From Octopus sinensis (Eukaryota), in NCBI RefSeq assembly GCF_006345805.1, contig NW_021835644.1:1-26136 (forward strand): 26,136 nucleotides of DNA, read 5' to 3'. Below are positions 1 through 11,699 of this stretch, piece after piece (the stretch's first letter is position 1; every line of letters starts with the position of its first letter). A program made the position numbers and the translations under genes. A model generated the notes under the pieces. That model was not told the DNA's origin, made no database searches, and worked only from the letters and a program-made list of their open reading frames with translations.

Positions 1-270
1 AATCTCATACTGAGATTTAATTATGCTTACTGTTCGTTTTTCGACATCAGTGGCAGACGCCATTAGTGTAAAACATCTCATAGTGTGATGGATTTTAGGT
101 ACACTGACGTCCAAACTGTGATTTGACAGGTAAAAGTATGTACATGAAAAATGAAAAAGTAAAAGAAAATATATACAAAACAAGAAACTAAAAACAAGGA
201 AAATAAGAAGAAAAAATAGGAAGATTAATAAAAAATATAAAATTAATAATAATAATATGAAAGATATAAT

Positions 271-350
271 GGTTTCTGTATCTGGATGCCCTTCCTCTAA
301 CAAACCACTTAACAGCAAATACTGTGTTCTTCTTGTCATGACACCAGTAC
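271..350 (-). mobile_element. Degenerate 3' tail fragment of an RTE-type LINE or RTE-derived element
   Basis: Minus strand reads AGTGGTTTGTTAGAGGAAGGGCATCCAGA, matching the better-preserved copy GAGTGGTTGGCGTTAGGAAGGGCATCCAAG near 23186-23215. Confidence 0.5.
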
Positions 351-419
351 TAGTGTGAGATCATCATGTAGCTTGCAAAACTACAAACTCTGAGTGTGGG
401 CTTTATGTTAGAGATGTTG

Positions 420-1030
420 GGTTCATGTATGAGGGATGGGGGAAAGAAGTTTATTTTAAATAAAGGGTTAAAATATGAAAGAAGGGGCTAGTGCAGAATA
501 GGTTTTTGCTGTATAGGAGTTATATGGCTGCTCAAACTTTAGAAGATGGAGAGCAGGTGATTGGGGTGGAGCTGGAAAGTAATCAAAATGATAATGAAGT
601 GTCCATATGGATAGAAATGAATGGAGCAGAAAAACTGGGAGTGTGGATAGGTAGTGGTTGCAAGAGTAAACGGATGAGTGAGAGATGGGAAATGAGTGAA
701 GGGGTGAATAAGGAACAAGTGTTTAATGGATGATAAGGGAATAGGTAACAACTGTAGGAATTGGTAAGTTGAAGCAAGAAAGTAGTGAATAGTCGACTAG
801 ATGTGGGGGATTGAGCAACGATACATGCAGGTAATGAGTATCAGAAGAGTAAAATAGTAATGCTGGTTCAGAAGACAGAGGAAGGATGAAAGAGTATGAA
901 GTAGGGAGAGGCAGTTGTAGCATTTGGAGAGAGTGAGAGCTATATGGTGGTGGTGGAGGAGGAGAGATCATAAAATGTTGATAGAGAAGACAGTATTAAG
1001 AATGAAGGATGGATATCAAGGGAAATGGTG
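420..1030 (-). mobile_element. Very old Penelope-like element remnant (C-terminal RT/linker region)
   Basis: Strong purine skew on + strand, as in the clear PLE at 15205-17570. Broken minus-strand translation gives PFLDI-like (needs a 1-bp indel) and 'THP...YPHSQFF', resembling PLE 'SHP...IPYSQFL'. Heavily decayed. Confidence 0.35.
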
Positions 1031-2186
1031 TCATTAAAATCAATACATGTAATACATGTGTGTATATGTATACACAAAATTATTTTGTTTTATAACTCCA
1101 AGTAGTAACCAGTGAAGATTGTTCCAAAATCTTGGCCTCAACTTCATTGTGTTATCTCTCCTGCTGCACATGTATCCTCAACATAGCCAAATTGTATCAC
1201 AAACGCCATCATCTTCAGTGTCAGAAAATATTCCTGTTTCCAACAACTAGCGACCCTCTACAAAGTTTAAGTGATCCAATGTTATGCTGCTCTCGCATCT
1301 GGAAGTATGCTGCAATTGCACACGTTATCATCTTTGGTTACATTGAAAGTCCACCTGACTGATTGAGATGAAGTTACTCACCAACATTCTCCCAATCTCT
1401 GGCTTAAATGTACTGTGTCGGCTTTGCCTTCACTGCTGCTATACAGTAGCTTCTACTCAGAGTTGGTTGAGCTCATGTCACTCCTACTCAAGTTCTTGAT
1501 GCACTTGTCTCATCCCATCTTTTGTATATATTCCCTCACCACAAGATCCACACTAATCAGTATACCAACTCCTTACTCTCCAGAATACTTTCTGCACTAC
1601 CCATATTCTTTTCAGGATGGAACATTAAAAAAAAAGAAAAAACTTTGAGCCTATGAAGGGCCTATGGAAGCTATGGAGGCATTCTTCCACTAAACCAATA
1701 AAAAAAAAAAAATGGATTTCTTCTCATTACACTATATTCAAGTTAAACTCCTCAGTTCAGATTTTTCTCCAAAATAAACCCATGTCTTTTTATAAAATGA
1801 AGCCTATGTTAATTCCCATTATCTGTGTACTGTTGATTGAGTCTCATGAAATTTATGTTAATTATTTTTCTTGAATTGTTTTTAAGAAAGTGTTTCAAAC
1901 AATCAAGAGTTTTCTTTTTGTTATCTCAGTTTGTTTTCCAGTTTTTGTTTATATTTAAGCTTTGACATGTAATTGATTGTCTTCCATATACCAACAATTG
2001 TTTTCTGTTTTGTTTCTATCAAATAGATCACTGTCGGCATCATCTCTATAGGTCTTGTTAAATATAAATATAAATCTGCTTGGAGCTATAGTTGTAAGAA
2101 TAAAGTGACTTCCTCTTAAAACAGTTCATAAAGTACACCTTTTAAGTATTCATATACTTTGTTCTCCTTGTCCATGATACACGTGT

Positions 2187-2452
2187 TACAAAGTGTTCAG
2201 GCTAAATTTAACAGTTTGCATTAAAATGTTTTAAAAAAATATCAGCTAGATTATGGTTGGAAGATAACAGTTTACTCAAAAGTAGCTGCCTTCAGACCAC
2301 CACAGCCTCAACATGGCTCCAGAACCTAGTGCATGCATTCCTTATTGGGAAGATCTTTGAACACCTGCTTGACCTTGGCCATCAGCTCAACCTTGGTGTT
2401 GAAAACAGAGCAGTTGGTGTTTTTCTCAACTGCACTCCACATAGAGTAACAA
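2187..2452 (-). mobile_element. Tc1/mariner-superfamily transposon, 3' fragment (transposase C-terminus plus probable right TIR)
   Basis: Minus-strand translation YSMWSAVEKNTNCSVFNTKVELMAKVKQVFKDLP, then after frameshifts CTRFWSHVEAVV..EGSYF-E*, is a typical Tc1/mariner C-terminus. The end reads TA-CAAAGTGTTCAGG on + strand at 2187, resembling a TA-flanked CAGGGTG-type TIR. Confidence 0.7.
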
Positions 2453-2459
2453 CTACAGC

Positions 2460-5400
2460 AGAAACAAAAAAGGTTGAATAAAAAATTTCGAGGAAAAAAA
2501 AGTATTGTGAACACAAATGCAAAGCGAGGCACAAAAAGAAAATTTGTCTCTATAAAAATAATGTGAATACAAGACTACAATTGGACACAGGTAGTGACAT
2601 CACAATTATCAACAAGGATACATAGAAAAAAATAGGAAGGCCTACTTTGAAAAAATATTGTGAAAATGGTGAGAGGCATCTCAGGAAAACAATTAGGATT
2701 TTTGGACAAAAAGATTAGTGAGGTAACATTTCGTGGGAAAACTTTGGAAGCTAAAGTTTTTGTATCAAAAAATATGATGAACCTTTTTGGATAGAATTGT
2801 TTAATTTATGGAACCTCCCCATAAATAATTTTTGCAACAATGTAAACAGTTATAACGCCAGTAAATAAGGCATTGGAAGATTTAATAAAGAAATTGAAAA
2901 TGAATTTTCCTGATGTTTTTTCAGAAGAATTAGGTAGATGTACCAAGACAAAAGTAAAATTTCAAGTAAAAGAAAACTCCATACTTTAAACCGAAGAGAG
3001 CATTGAATCAAGTCAGTGAGGGATTAGATAGGCTAGAAAATCTGGGAGTTATAGAAAAAGTTGGCTATTCAGAATGGGCAGCACCAACTGTTTATGTAAA
3101 GAAAAACAATAACAAAATATGAGTATGTGTGAACTTTTCAACAGGTTTGAACGAATGTTTAAGGACAAGCCCAGAGGAAATTCTTGCGAAATTCAAAGGA
3201 GGAAAATTTTTCTCAAATTGGACTTGTCAGTTTTACAGTTACAAGTCAAGGAAGAATGTTTGAAATTATTAATGATAAACACTCATAAAGCTTTATATAA
3301 ATTCAATTCACTTCCTTTCAGGATAAAGGTGGCACCTAATATTTTCCAACAGGTGATGGGCATGATGCTTGCAGATATGGATTTTGCTGTAGCATATTTG
3401 GATGACATTATCATAAAAAGTGAGTCTAGGAACATGTTAAAATGGTTTTTGAGAAGATAAAGGAGTATGGATTCAAACTTAGCAAGAAAAAATGTGAATA
3501 TTTCATGCCAGAAATAAAGTATCTTCGGCAAGTTATCAATAAAAATGGTTACAGGCCAGATCCTTCCAGATTGACAACAATAAAAATATGCTTACCCCCA
3601 AAAATATTACAACATTACAAGTGTTCTTAGGGCTCGCAAACTATTTCCAAACATATATACCAATCACGCATGAGCTAAGTGCATCCCTAAACAACCAAGT
3701 GAAAAAAGGTGTTAAATGGTATTGGTCAAACAGGTATCAAAAAGAGTTTGAAGAAATTAAAAAAAGTTTTAACATCAGAACTGTCATTATTGCACTTTGA
3801 TCCAAATTTAAAAATAGTAGTAGTATCAGATGCTAGCAAAAGTGGTATAGGAGTGATAATTTTACACAAGTATGAAAATGGTAGCGTAAAACCCATTGCT
3901 TATGCTTCACATTCATTGTTGGCACTGAAAAAAAAACTACAGCCAGATTGAGAAGGAGGCATTAGCCATTATTTTTGTAGGGAAAAAATTTCATAAATTC
4001 ATACATGGAAGGGAATTCAGTCTGCAAACAGATCGCCGCCCATTATTCTCAATTTACAGATCAAAAAAAGGGTATCCTCACACATACAGCCAACTGATTG
4101 CAGGACTGGGGGATGATCCTGCTAAATCATGATTTTAAGATGGAATTTCTACCATTGGAAAAATTAGGACATGTGAATGGGCTGTCAAGATTGATTCCTA
4201 AATACGGTGAACCATTAGAGGACATTGTAATAGCAGCATTAAAAGACAAAATCGAAATAAAAAATATACTCTGCAATGTAGTACGTGAACTGCCTGTCAC
4301 TTTAGAAGAAATAAAAACTAAAGCAGAGAAGGATACATTCATAATAAAAATGGGAAAAAATAGTGAAGTTTGAAACAAATACAAAACTCATGTAACCAAG
4401 TGCAACACAGTTTTGAAATGGTATTCGATATGTGACAACATACTTCTGTATGCTCAGAGGGTTGTAATACCTGTTTCTTTGCATAAGAATTCAACGAGAA
4501 TCACGAGAATGAAAGCATTGATGCAAAGCTATGTTTACTGGCTGAATATGTATCAGGATTTTAAAAAAGTTAAAAGTTAAAAAAATATGTATCAGGATAT
4601 TAAAAAAGTTGCTGAAATCCTTCAGGGGTTGTACCCTGGCAGCAAAAGCATCACTTGTAAAAATTCAACCTTGGCCCAACAGTGACGTACCTTGGTCAAG
4701 ATTACACAGACTTTGCTGGACCATTAAATGGAGTGTATTGTCTAATAGTTGTAGATAGTTAAATGAAATGGCCAGAAATATGTAAATGTAGGAAGCTGAT
4801 CTCCAAAGTAATGATGGAATTTCTGGATGAAATTTTTGCATGATATGGCATCCCCAAACACTATAGTGTCTGATAATGGAATGCAGGTATTGTCAAAGGA
4901 AATTAATAACTTTTGCAAAATGCATGCATCTGAGATTGAATGGACTAGTGGAACGTTTTGTAGACATGTTTGAGGGCACTGAAAAAATCTAGTAATGAAC
5001 TACTAGCTGATACTGCATTAATGCAATTCTTAAGTGTCTACTGAATACCACCTATCTCCAACATCACATCATCTATGTTGCTGGCTGAACTAATGTTTGC
5101 GAGAAAGTCAGGTTAGTGTTTGACAAATTACTGGGAAGAAAAGAAAAGAAAAAAATAGAAACACTGAAAATAAGATGAAATACTTCAAAATTGCTGACAA
5201 GGCCTTTTAAAAAATATAGAGAAACAGAAAGAAAAGTTGGAAAGAAGGTATAATAAGTAAACGTTTAGGAAAAATAACGCACATGGTAAAAGATCATACA
5301 TGGGAATGCAAGAGGCAGTAATCAAACCAATGAGTACAGCGACTGGGATAAGAGAGCAAACAAAACTTTTGCACGTAGATCCAAAACAAAAGAAATATTC

Positions 5401-5503
5401 CAATTCCCGGTGAGTTGAAAAAAAAAACAAACAATGGGGGAGAGGTGGTTAATAAAGATAATAAATAAAGGAAAAATATTGACCTCTAACAAAGGTCAAG
5501 CTC
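2460..5503 (+). mobile_element. Decayed Ty3/Gypsy LTR retrotransposon pol region (protease-RT-RNase H-integrase), 5'-truncated, many stops and frameshifts
   Basis: LDTGSDITII (2581-) protease; SEWAAPTVYVKK (~3070) and YLDD (3395-3406) RT; VVSDASKSGIGV...PIAYASHSL and EKEALAIIF RNase H; MKALMQSYVYW, PW..DFAGPLNG, IVSDNG and GLVERFV integrase. The PR-RT-RH-IN order is diagnostic of Gypsy. Confidence 0.93.
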
Positions 5504-5855
5504 AAAAAGGGGAGATGTAGTGAAATCCTGACACCGCTGTGGGATAGCAAGTCAACTGTTTTAACCTGTATTAAGGTGCATGTGCACAGGCGCTTTATGA
5601 AGATAGTCATAGAAGTTGTAGAGAAGAGATATCATTTGTTACATGTTGTTTCTGATTGATATTTGTATTGTTATAATCTAAGTCCACGTTATAAAGTGGC
5701 ATATGCAATGAGTTCAAAGAAGGACTTAACAGTGTCCATGTTGTTTCTGGTGATTCTCTGTGAAATGAAATCAAGTTAGAAACAAATACTCTTATATTCT
5801 TGAATGAAAGAATTCTTTATTGTATCTAAACCAAATATTAGCCATATACTTAATA
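5504..5855 (+). mobile_element. Polypurine tract (5504-5515) and 3' LTR of the Gypsy element
   Basis: AAAAAGGGGAGA is followed immediately by TGTAGTG at 5516, just downstream of integrase. The right LTR boundary (~5855) is approximate because no clean terminal CA is visible. Confidence 0.65.
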
Positions 5856-6079
5856 AGGTTTATAGTTGAAGCATTAATGTTGGAGGCAGTAATCTTCAAA
5901 TACTCATTGAATTGCCTTCTTGCCAAGAATCTGTGTGTGTGTGTATTATCATTTATTTGTTTAGCTTGGTATTTTTTTTTATCAGCTATGAAGAAAAGTT
6001 TCAATTTAAAAAATTATGTAATATATGCTCTGCTTTGGAAAACCAACCTTCTAATATATTTTGTATTTAATTTTTACAG

Positions 6080-6211
6080 GAGAAAAAAGGTAGTTCTTCA
6101 TCTTTAGCTGGAGATACCAATAAACCTCGTCAAGTAACAGTGACTACTCCTGGCCAAAAAGGGGCAAAACCAACAGTACCATCCAAGCGGCCCTCAGTAA
6201 AGGCTGATTTG
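6080..6211 (+). CDS. SHOC2: SHOC2/Sur-8 leucine-rich-repeat scaffold, internal coding exon (44 codons, phase 0/0): EKKGSSSSLAGDTNKPRQVTVTTPGQKGAKPTVPSKRPSVKADL
   Basis: Acceptor tttttacag| and donor |gtaagt; 132 nt open. Joins in frame to the next exon to give KADL-DVSKEFNKC, like Drosophila Sur-8 [13 protein letters not shown] (recalled sequence). Confidence 0.85.
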
Positions 6212-6433
6212 GTAAGTTCTGATACTTTCATACTTTACTTGTTGATGTCCTTTAGTCATCATTAACTCTTTAGCATTTAAACTGACCATATCTGACCAAA
6301 ATAATCTGTTTTATCTTCAAACTGATCAGATCCAGCCTCTCATGCTTATCTTACAATATTATTCTGAAAGGAAACAATCACATCATTGAAAGCTCAAAGT
6401 TACCAGGTAGGGTATAACAAATGTGAATAAGTA

Positions 6434-6458
6434 GGCATAGGAGTGGCTGTGTGGTAAG
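6434..6458 (+). mobile_element. tRNA-derived SINE copy A, 5' head (interrupted by the L1/Tx1 fragment)
   Basis: GGCATAGGAGTGGCTGTGTGGTAAG matches the heads of the intact copies at 12958 and 20639. Confidence 0.85.
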
Positions 6459-7377
6459 GGGACTGGCAATTGGAGTGCTGCCAGGCACTTCAGCTACTCT
6501 CTCGGGCGGGCAATGCCGAATTTCTATAGTGGGTTAGTGGAGGTTAAGTCCGAAGACGCCTTGGAGGAGACCCTGGGCTATGAGAAAAATCAGTTAATCA
6601 ACCTGTTCTGGAGAACTTTCGGGTCGAGGTATCTGGACAATTACCAGAAATCTCTGGCTTGGCAGTGCTTCTGTGTGGCGTTACCTGTTTGTGATAAACT
6701 GTCAAGGCACGGAAGTGCCGTCTAGCCGACATGTCTGAGGTGCGGGCAGAACAGGGAAACCGTCTTGCATGCATTTGTGGAGTGTCCGGAATTAACGAGA
6801 CTGATAGTTTTCGCAGAGCAACTGTTGTCATCGATGGGAAGAGTACAGCTATCAGCTGAATCTATCATCGAGATTGTGCCGCCTCCTTCCCTTAACAGGA
6901 AAAGGAAGGCTTGCTTATTCTGCATAGTAGCCATACTGAAAGAAACAGTATGGAAGACGCGTGTGAGAGGCATAGTGTTGGGTACCTTTGTATCCGGCTA
7001 GGGGTTGGTTAACTTTTTTAGTTACCACCTCAGTAATAAGATCAGGCTGGAGAAAAGGTACCTGTCACGAGACAGATTCATGAGAAGATGGAAGCCTGTG
7101 GCGAGGAAGCTGGGAGTGTTTGGCACCAGGTAAGTGGAAGCCAAAAACAGGAAAGAAAAAGCAATGGTGGTCGGATGCCTATCCTTCAGAGAAGCCATTA
7201 CAAATTTCATTTGTAATGAGCAACGCTTAAGTCAAAATTATAAACAAATTTATTAAATTATTGTATTTTTAAATTGTAAATATTTAATCACTATAGCTAC
7301 TTCACCCTTTTATGTTTGTCTGTTCTTGTTCGTCTTCTCTTTGTAATGCCTTCATGGCAAATATTTATGAAATAAAA
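6459..7377 (+). mobile_element. L1/Tx1-clade LINE, 5'-truncated 3' fragment (ORF2 C-terminus with zinc-binding motif, 3' UTR, AATAAA)
   Basis: One frame from 6513 to 7133 with two TAG stops: LAWQC...LPV.DKL.RHG...CLRCGQNRETVLHAFVEC...KETVWKTR...FMRRWK. This is the CxxC..H...C motif of the L1/Tx1 ORF2 tail. Ends ATGAAATAAAA. Confidence 0.8.
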
Positions 7378-7514
7378 TAGCTTGCTTCCCAACCACATGG
7401 ATCTGGGTTCAGTCCCACTCCGTGGCACCTTGGGCAAGTGTCTTCTATTATAGCCTCGGGCTGACCAAAGCCTTGTGTGTGAATTTGGTAGACGGAAACT
7501 GAAAGAAGCCCATC

Positions 7515-7568
<54 letters not shown>

Positions 7569-7757
7569 CTGTCCCTGCAACATCGCTTGAGAACCGATGC
7601 TAGTGTGTTTACGTCCCCGTAACTTATTGGTTCTGCAAAAGAGACCAATAGAATAAGTACTAGGCTTACAAAGAATAAGTCCTGGGGTCGATTTGCTCGA
7701 CTAAAGGCGGTGCTCCAGTGTGGCCACAGTAAAATAACTGAAACAAGTAAAAGTAAG
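7378..7757 (+). mobile_element. tRNA-derived SINE copy A, remainder, with internal (TA)n at ~7517-7558
   Basis: Resumes TAGCTTGCTTCCCAACCACATGG...GGTTCAGTCCC (B box) and is collinear with copies 12958-13350 and 20639-20987 to the CTGAAACAAGTAAAAG end. Confidence 0.92.
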
Positions 7758-10199
7758 TAGTACATTTGACAGAGAAATCTGAACTCTGAAGGGTTAAACT
7801 TTTTTATAAGGAAAAACAAAAAGAAACAACATGGATCATAACTTAGTTGATAACAAAATATTTTTGTAATATTTGAAATGGTATACATTCTGGAGTTTTT
7901 CCTGAAAATTTTATTAAAATTTGACCAAAATTGAAGGTGGGGTGTTTAATAGTTTGATATATTCTATTGTAATCAGCTGCACTAGTTTACCCCACATCCC
8001 TAGACCATCTCAGCAGTCCATGGACTAATATCATGTATGATTAACAACTCCTGTATATACACCATATTTAAGATTTTAGCTTTTTATCGCTCTGCTAGAG
8101 AACCCACTGAATGTTTTGAGTACCAATCACTTAAACTGAGTTAAGTGAACATAGGAGTTTAATCTGAAGAACTGTAAAGAATAGAAATGAGTTGAGAACA
8201 CCTGCCTATATATCAACTTCAAAAATATACTTTCAACCTTACTTTGCTAAAATCATATACAAATCTTGATACAATTTTGAGGAACTGTTTAGCTTCAGAA
8301 GTGTACTAGTTATTCAGCATCAATCAAATTACTACGTGAAATCGTCTGAAGATTAACAAAGTCAAGGTACAGTTGTTATTAGTTATGAATGTATATTGTT
8401 AGGTCTCTCTAGAAAAAGATAGTCTCATGTTCTGTTTTTTGGCACAAACTGCCTCTTATTCAAGCTAAACATAAGCTAAATTAATTTCACAAAAAAATTG
8501 ACTAAGGTGGTGTCTGCATTGATGTAGATACTATTATCCTTATTACTCCTCTTTCTCAACTGGATATCAATTAGTTAGAGGATAATAATTAGTTTCATTT
8601 TATACTATGTTCTTTCATTCTTTGTGATTTGTTTAGTGAATTTCTTCAAATTTTTTTTTCCTTCAATTTTCAAGCATCATGAGAACCTCATTTTATACCA
8701 TGTGTTTTATTTTTTGTTTTATCAATTGGATATCCTTTGATTCTTTTCTTCCTTCAATATTTGAGTACCATAGCAGTTAATACCTCAATTGGTGAGTTAG
8801 AATATGCTGATGTTATATATTAACAATTTACTTGTCATTATTTTATTAATAGATAAAAGAGAGCTTGGAGAAAATAATTAAAGTGATATTTCTGTGTCAT
8901 TTGTATTCACAAGTGATATAAAGTGGTATTAGGATTTGTTGATTCTGAGCAATAGGTGATCATGTAATTGATCATCTCATCAATGTTTCCATAAGTGATG
9001 TGAGCCCTACAAAACTTTTGAATATGAATCCGAAGCCCATTAAGTAGTTTCTTCAATTTTTCTTGAAAAACTGTTTGTCTAGAATGAGTGATCCCAAGGT
9101 ATGCACATCATAAGGAGAAGTAGGACTTTCTCAGAATGCTTTTCCTGATTATAGTTGTGCAGCTTCTAAGTTAGAGTGACTACTAGAACATATATTCATT
9201 TCTGAGATATGAAACTGATGCACAAGAATTGATATTTTGTAAATATATGCGAAAATATCTATACGTAATCAACCCACCCATATTCATCCTACATGGGCAG
9301 GTGAAAGTGATATATCATCAGGCAAAAAATCAACAACAGCAACCATTACATCGTATCATATCAGCAAGTTTCAGCCGAATTCTTGCAATTGTTATATTTT
9401 CATGATTTTTATTATGGACTAACTGCATTTCATTAAAATTTCTATTTTCCAACAATATTGGAAGAGAAAGTGCTTTGGAAATTTAAGAGTCAAATCATAT
9501 TTATCTTGAGCTCTTTCCAATGTTTTCATATTCATTGATATTAACACTCACAAGATTTTGTGGCTCTTGCAATCGCCCCATATTGATATAGCTAGTTCAG
9601 AAACTGAATCATTTATGTTATCTGTTTGCATCATCTGGTCTCATTCCTTACATGTACCCCACACTGACAACTTTAATATCTTTCTCATCTTCGACTTTGA
9701 TATCTTTCTCACTTATCAAACACTAACTGTCTGTACCCATAAAGTCTTTGCAACTACACAATGCACATCTATATATGATATAGTACTCCTGCACCCTATG
9801 GCAATTCAGGATAGCCACCTCTACCAGTTTTGTCAACTTTTGCAGGTGGCATATGTGCTTCACTCTTCAGCTATCTTATACCACTGGACATGTAACTGAA
9901 GCTGTCTGTTTAGGCATGTCCCACATCCAAGAAAAACTCAATACCTAAGTGGTTTTCTCATAGCTGTGTTGAAGCTTTTCAGGCAAGTAACAAAAACAAA
10001 GTGTACAACATCTCAAGGAACATCCACCTATAAAACAAGAGCAGCATTTTGCTAGCAAGAAACTTGCATGAAAGAACACATAAGTCTCTGACTTATTCTC
10101 TATCTCCTTGCTACTATTTCATTTTTGTTGTTTTCTATTTCATTTGTGATTTACAAATAATTATATAAATTTATGGAAGTTTTATTCTTTTAATTGTAG

Positions 10200-10268
10200 G
10201 ATGTAAGTAAAGAATTTAACAAATGTAAAGAAGAAGGTGCTGAGAGATTAGACCTCAGTAAGTCTCAA
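10200..10268 (+). CDS. SHOC2: SHOC2/Sur-8 internal coding exon (23 codons, phase 0/0): DVSKEFNKCKEEGAERLDLSKSQ
   Basis: Acceptor tttattcttttaattgtag| and donor |gtaagt. Peptide matches human SHOC2 [23 protein letters not shown] and fly [23 protein letters not shown] (recalled). The next expected exon (I..LP..IKEL..L.ELYLY.NKL) was not found in the window. Confidence 0.9.
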
Positions 10269-10432
10269 GTAAGTATAGTGATAAATTATAATTTCATGTA
10301 AATTTCAGTAAATGAATTTTTACTATAGTCTTTGAAGACGCTAGCTTATTTGTCTCTGCTGTAACTATATGTGTGTTTGATAATTGTGTAACATAGCTCT
10401 GATTGAGGCAGCTTGCAAATAAGTTTAGTGTG

Positions 10433-10600
10433 CAGGCATTTTGTGGTTGAGAAGTTTGCTTCTCATGTAGTATCAGGTTCAGTCACACTGTTCAGCACCT
10501 TGGGCAAATGAATTCTACTGTTTCTCCTGACTAAACAAAGCTTTGTGAGTGAATTTGGTAGACATAAGATGGAAGAAGCCCATCGTATACGTGTGTGTTT
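10433..10600 (+). mobile_element. tRNA-derived SINE copy B, old and degenerate, 5' part only
   Basis: GGTTCAGTCAC...GCACCTTGGGCAA...AAAGCTTTGTGAGTGAATTTGGTAGAC...GAAGCCCATCGTATA aligns to the SINE body. Confidence 0.75.
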
Positions 10601-11699
10601 CCTTATTTTGACATTACAAGGTGGTTGTAAATGTGAACCACTGCCAAACAAGTGATATTATTCACTTCCTTGAGAAACATGTCTGGCTGAGGGTTGGTGA
10701 CAGAAAGTGCATCTGGTTGCTGAAAAACGTCTTAACAAATCCTGTGTAACTCATTGATACATTAAACATTCATTATGTGTTGTAGCTGTTATGAGGGAAG
10801 GAGAGTAGTGGGTAGTGAGAGGGGGGAAAAATCAATATTATGTTAATGTCATATGGTACCCACATGCCACTGTTAAACATTTTTCTTCTTTTGGTCATGC
10901 TATAGGAATGTGGAAGGAGGAAGCAATGGCTGTCCTGAGAGAGAGAAAGTATAATAAATTTATGTGGTTGAGAAAGATAAATAGGTAGCTAAGAGATTTA
11001 CAGAGTGGAAGAGAGACAAAAAAGCAGTCACTCAGCAAAGGATGACAGGCAGAAAAGTGACTAATCTAAAGATATTTATGGGAGAAAGTTTTCAAATATT
11101 GTATGTTTTAGTAGCAGTAATTGTGGAGTAACAAACTCTACTGAGGAGTCTTCCCTCTATTAAATAATTAATGTACTAGTAATGTTCTGGTGTTCTTGAT
11201 TCAGTCAGTTAAACCCAATGGTGGAAATGGATATCAAGAACTAGGGATACACAAAGGTCCAAGAGGTTGACATTGTGAAGATAGGACTAGACACTAATCT
11301 ATCTTTCTCAATGAGCTGCAAAATGGGTGTATATCAAATTCCCTGCAGAGTCCCTCATTTCCATCTCTCGTTATACCCCACCACTTGAATATTCGTTTTC
11401 TAATCAAGGAATTAGTATAATGCATACATTTTATTGTTGCTGATGTAGGTTAAAGAAAAAAAATGATAAATGTTGTAAATTGGACTAGCAACAGTAACTA
11501 GAGGTTAAAAAAATTGCATAATTTTTTTTATAGTAATGACAAAGACGTTAATTTTATTTGAGTGTTATTTATATATGTAGAATAAGTGTGAAAATAATTC
11601 TTATACATATCTATAATAATCCAACAGCTGATACTATTTAAAAAAAAATTATTTTGGTACTTTGTGTTACAGGTTGTATGCTTGATGCTATGTTACAAA

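Noticed and set aside
1-140. Possible upstream SHOC2 exon ending ...TTGACAG|GTAAAA
   Set aside because: The ATG-started frame hits TGA before the donor, there is no SHOC2 similarity and no clear acceptor in view. It could be a UTR exon but is unsupported.
1085-1625. Possible decayed RTE LINE C-terminal fragment on the minus strand
   Set aside because: Only vague resemblance (AAGATGGGATGAG-type stretch); no translatable diagnostic motif.
4545-4610. 27-nt direct repeat AATATGTATCAGGAT(T/A)TTAAAAAAGTT in the Gypsy integrase region
   Set aside because: Simple local duplication in a dead element; two units only, not CRISPR-like.
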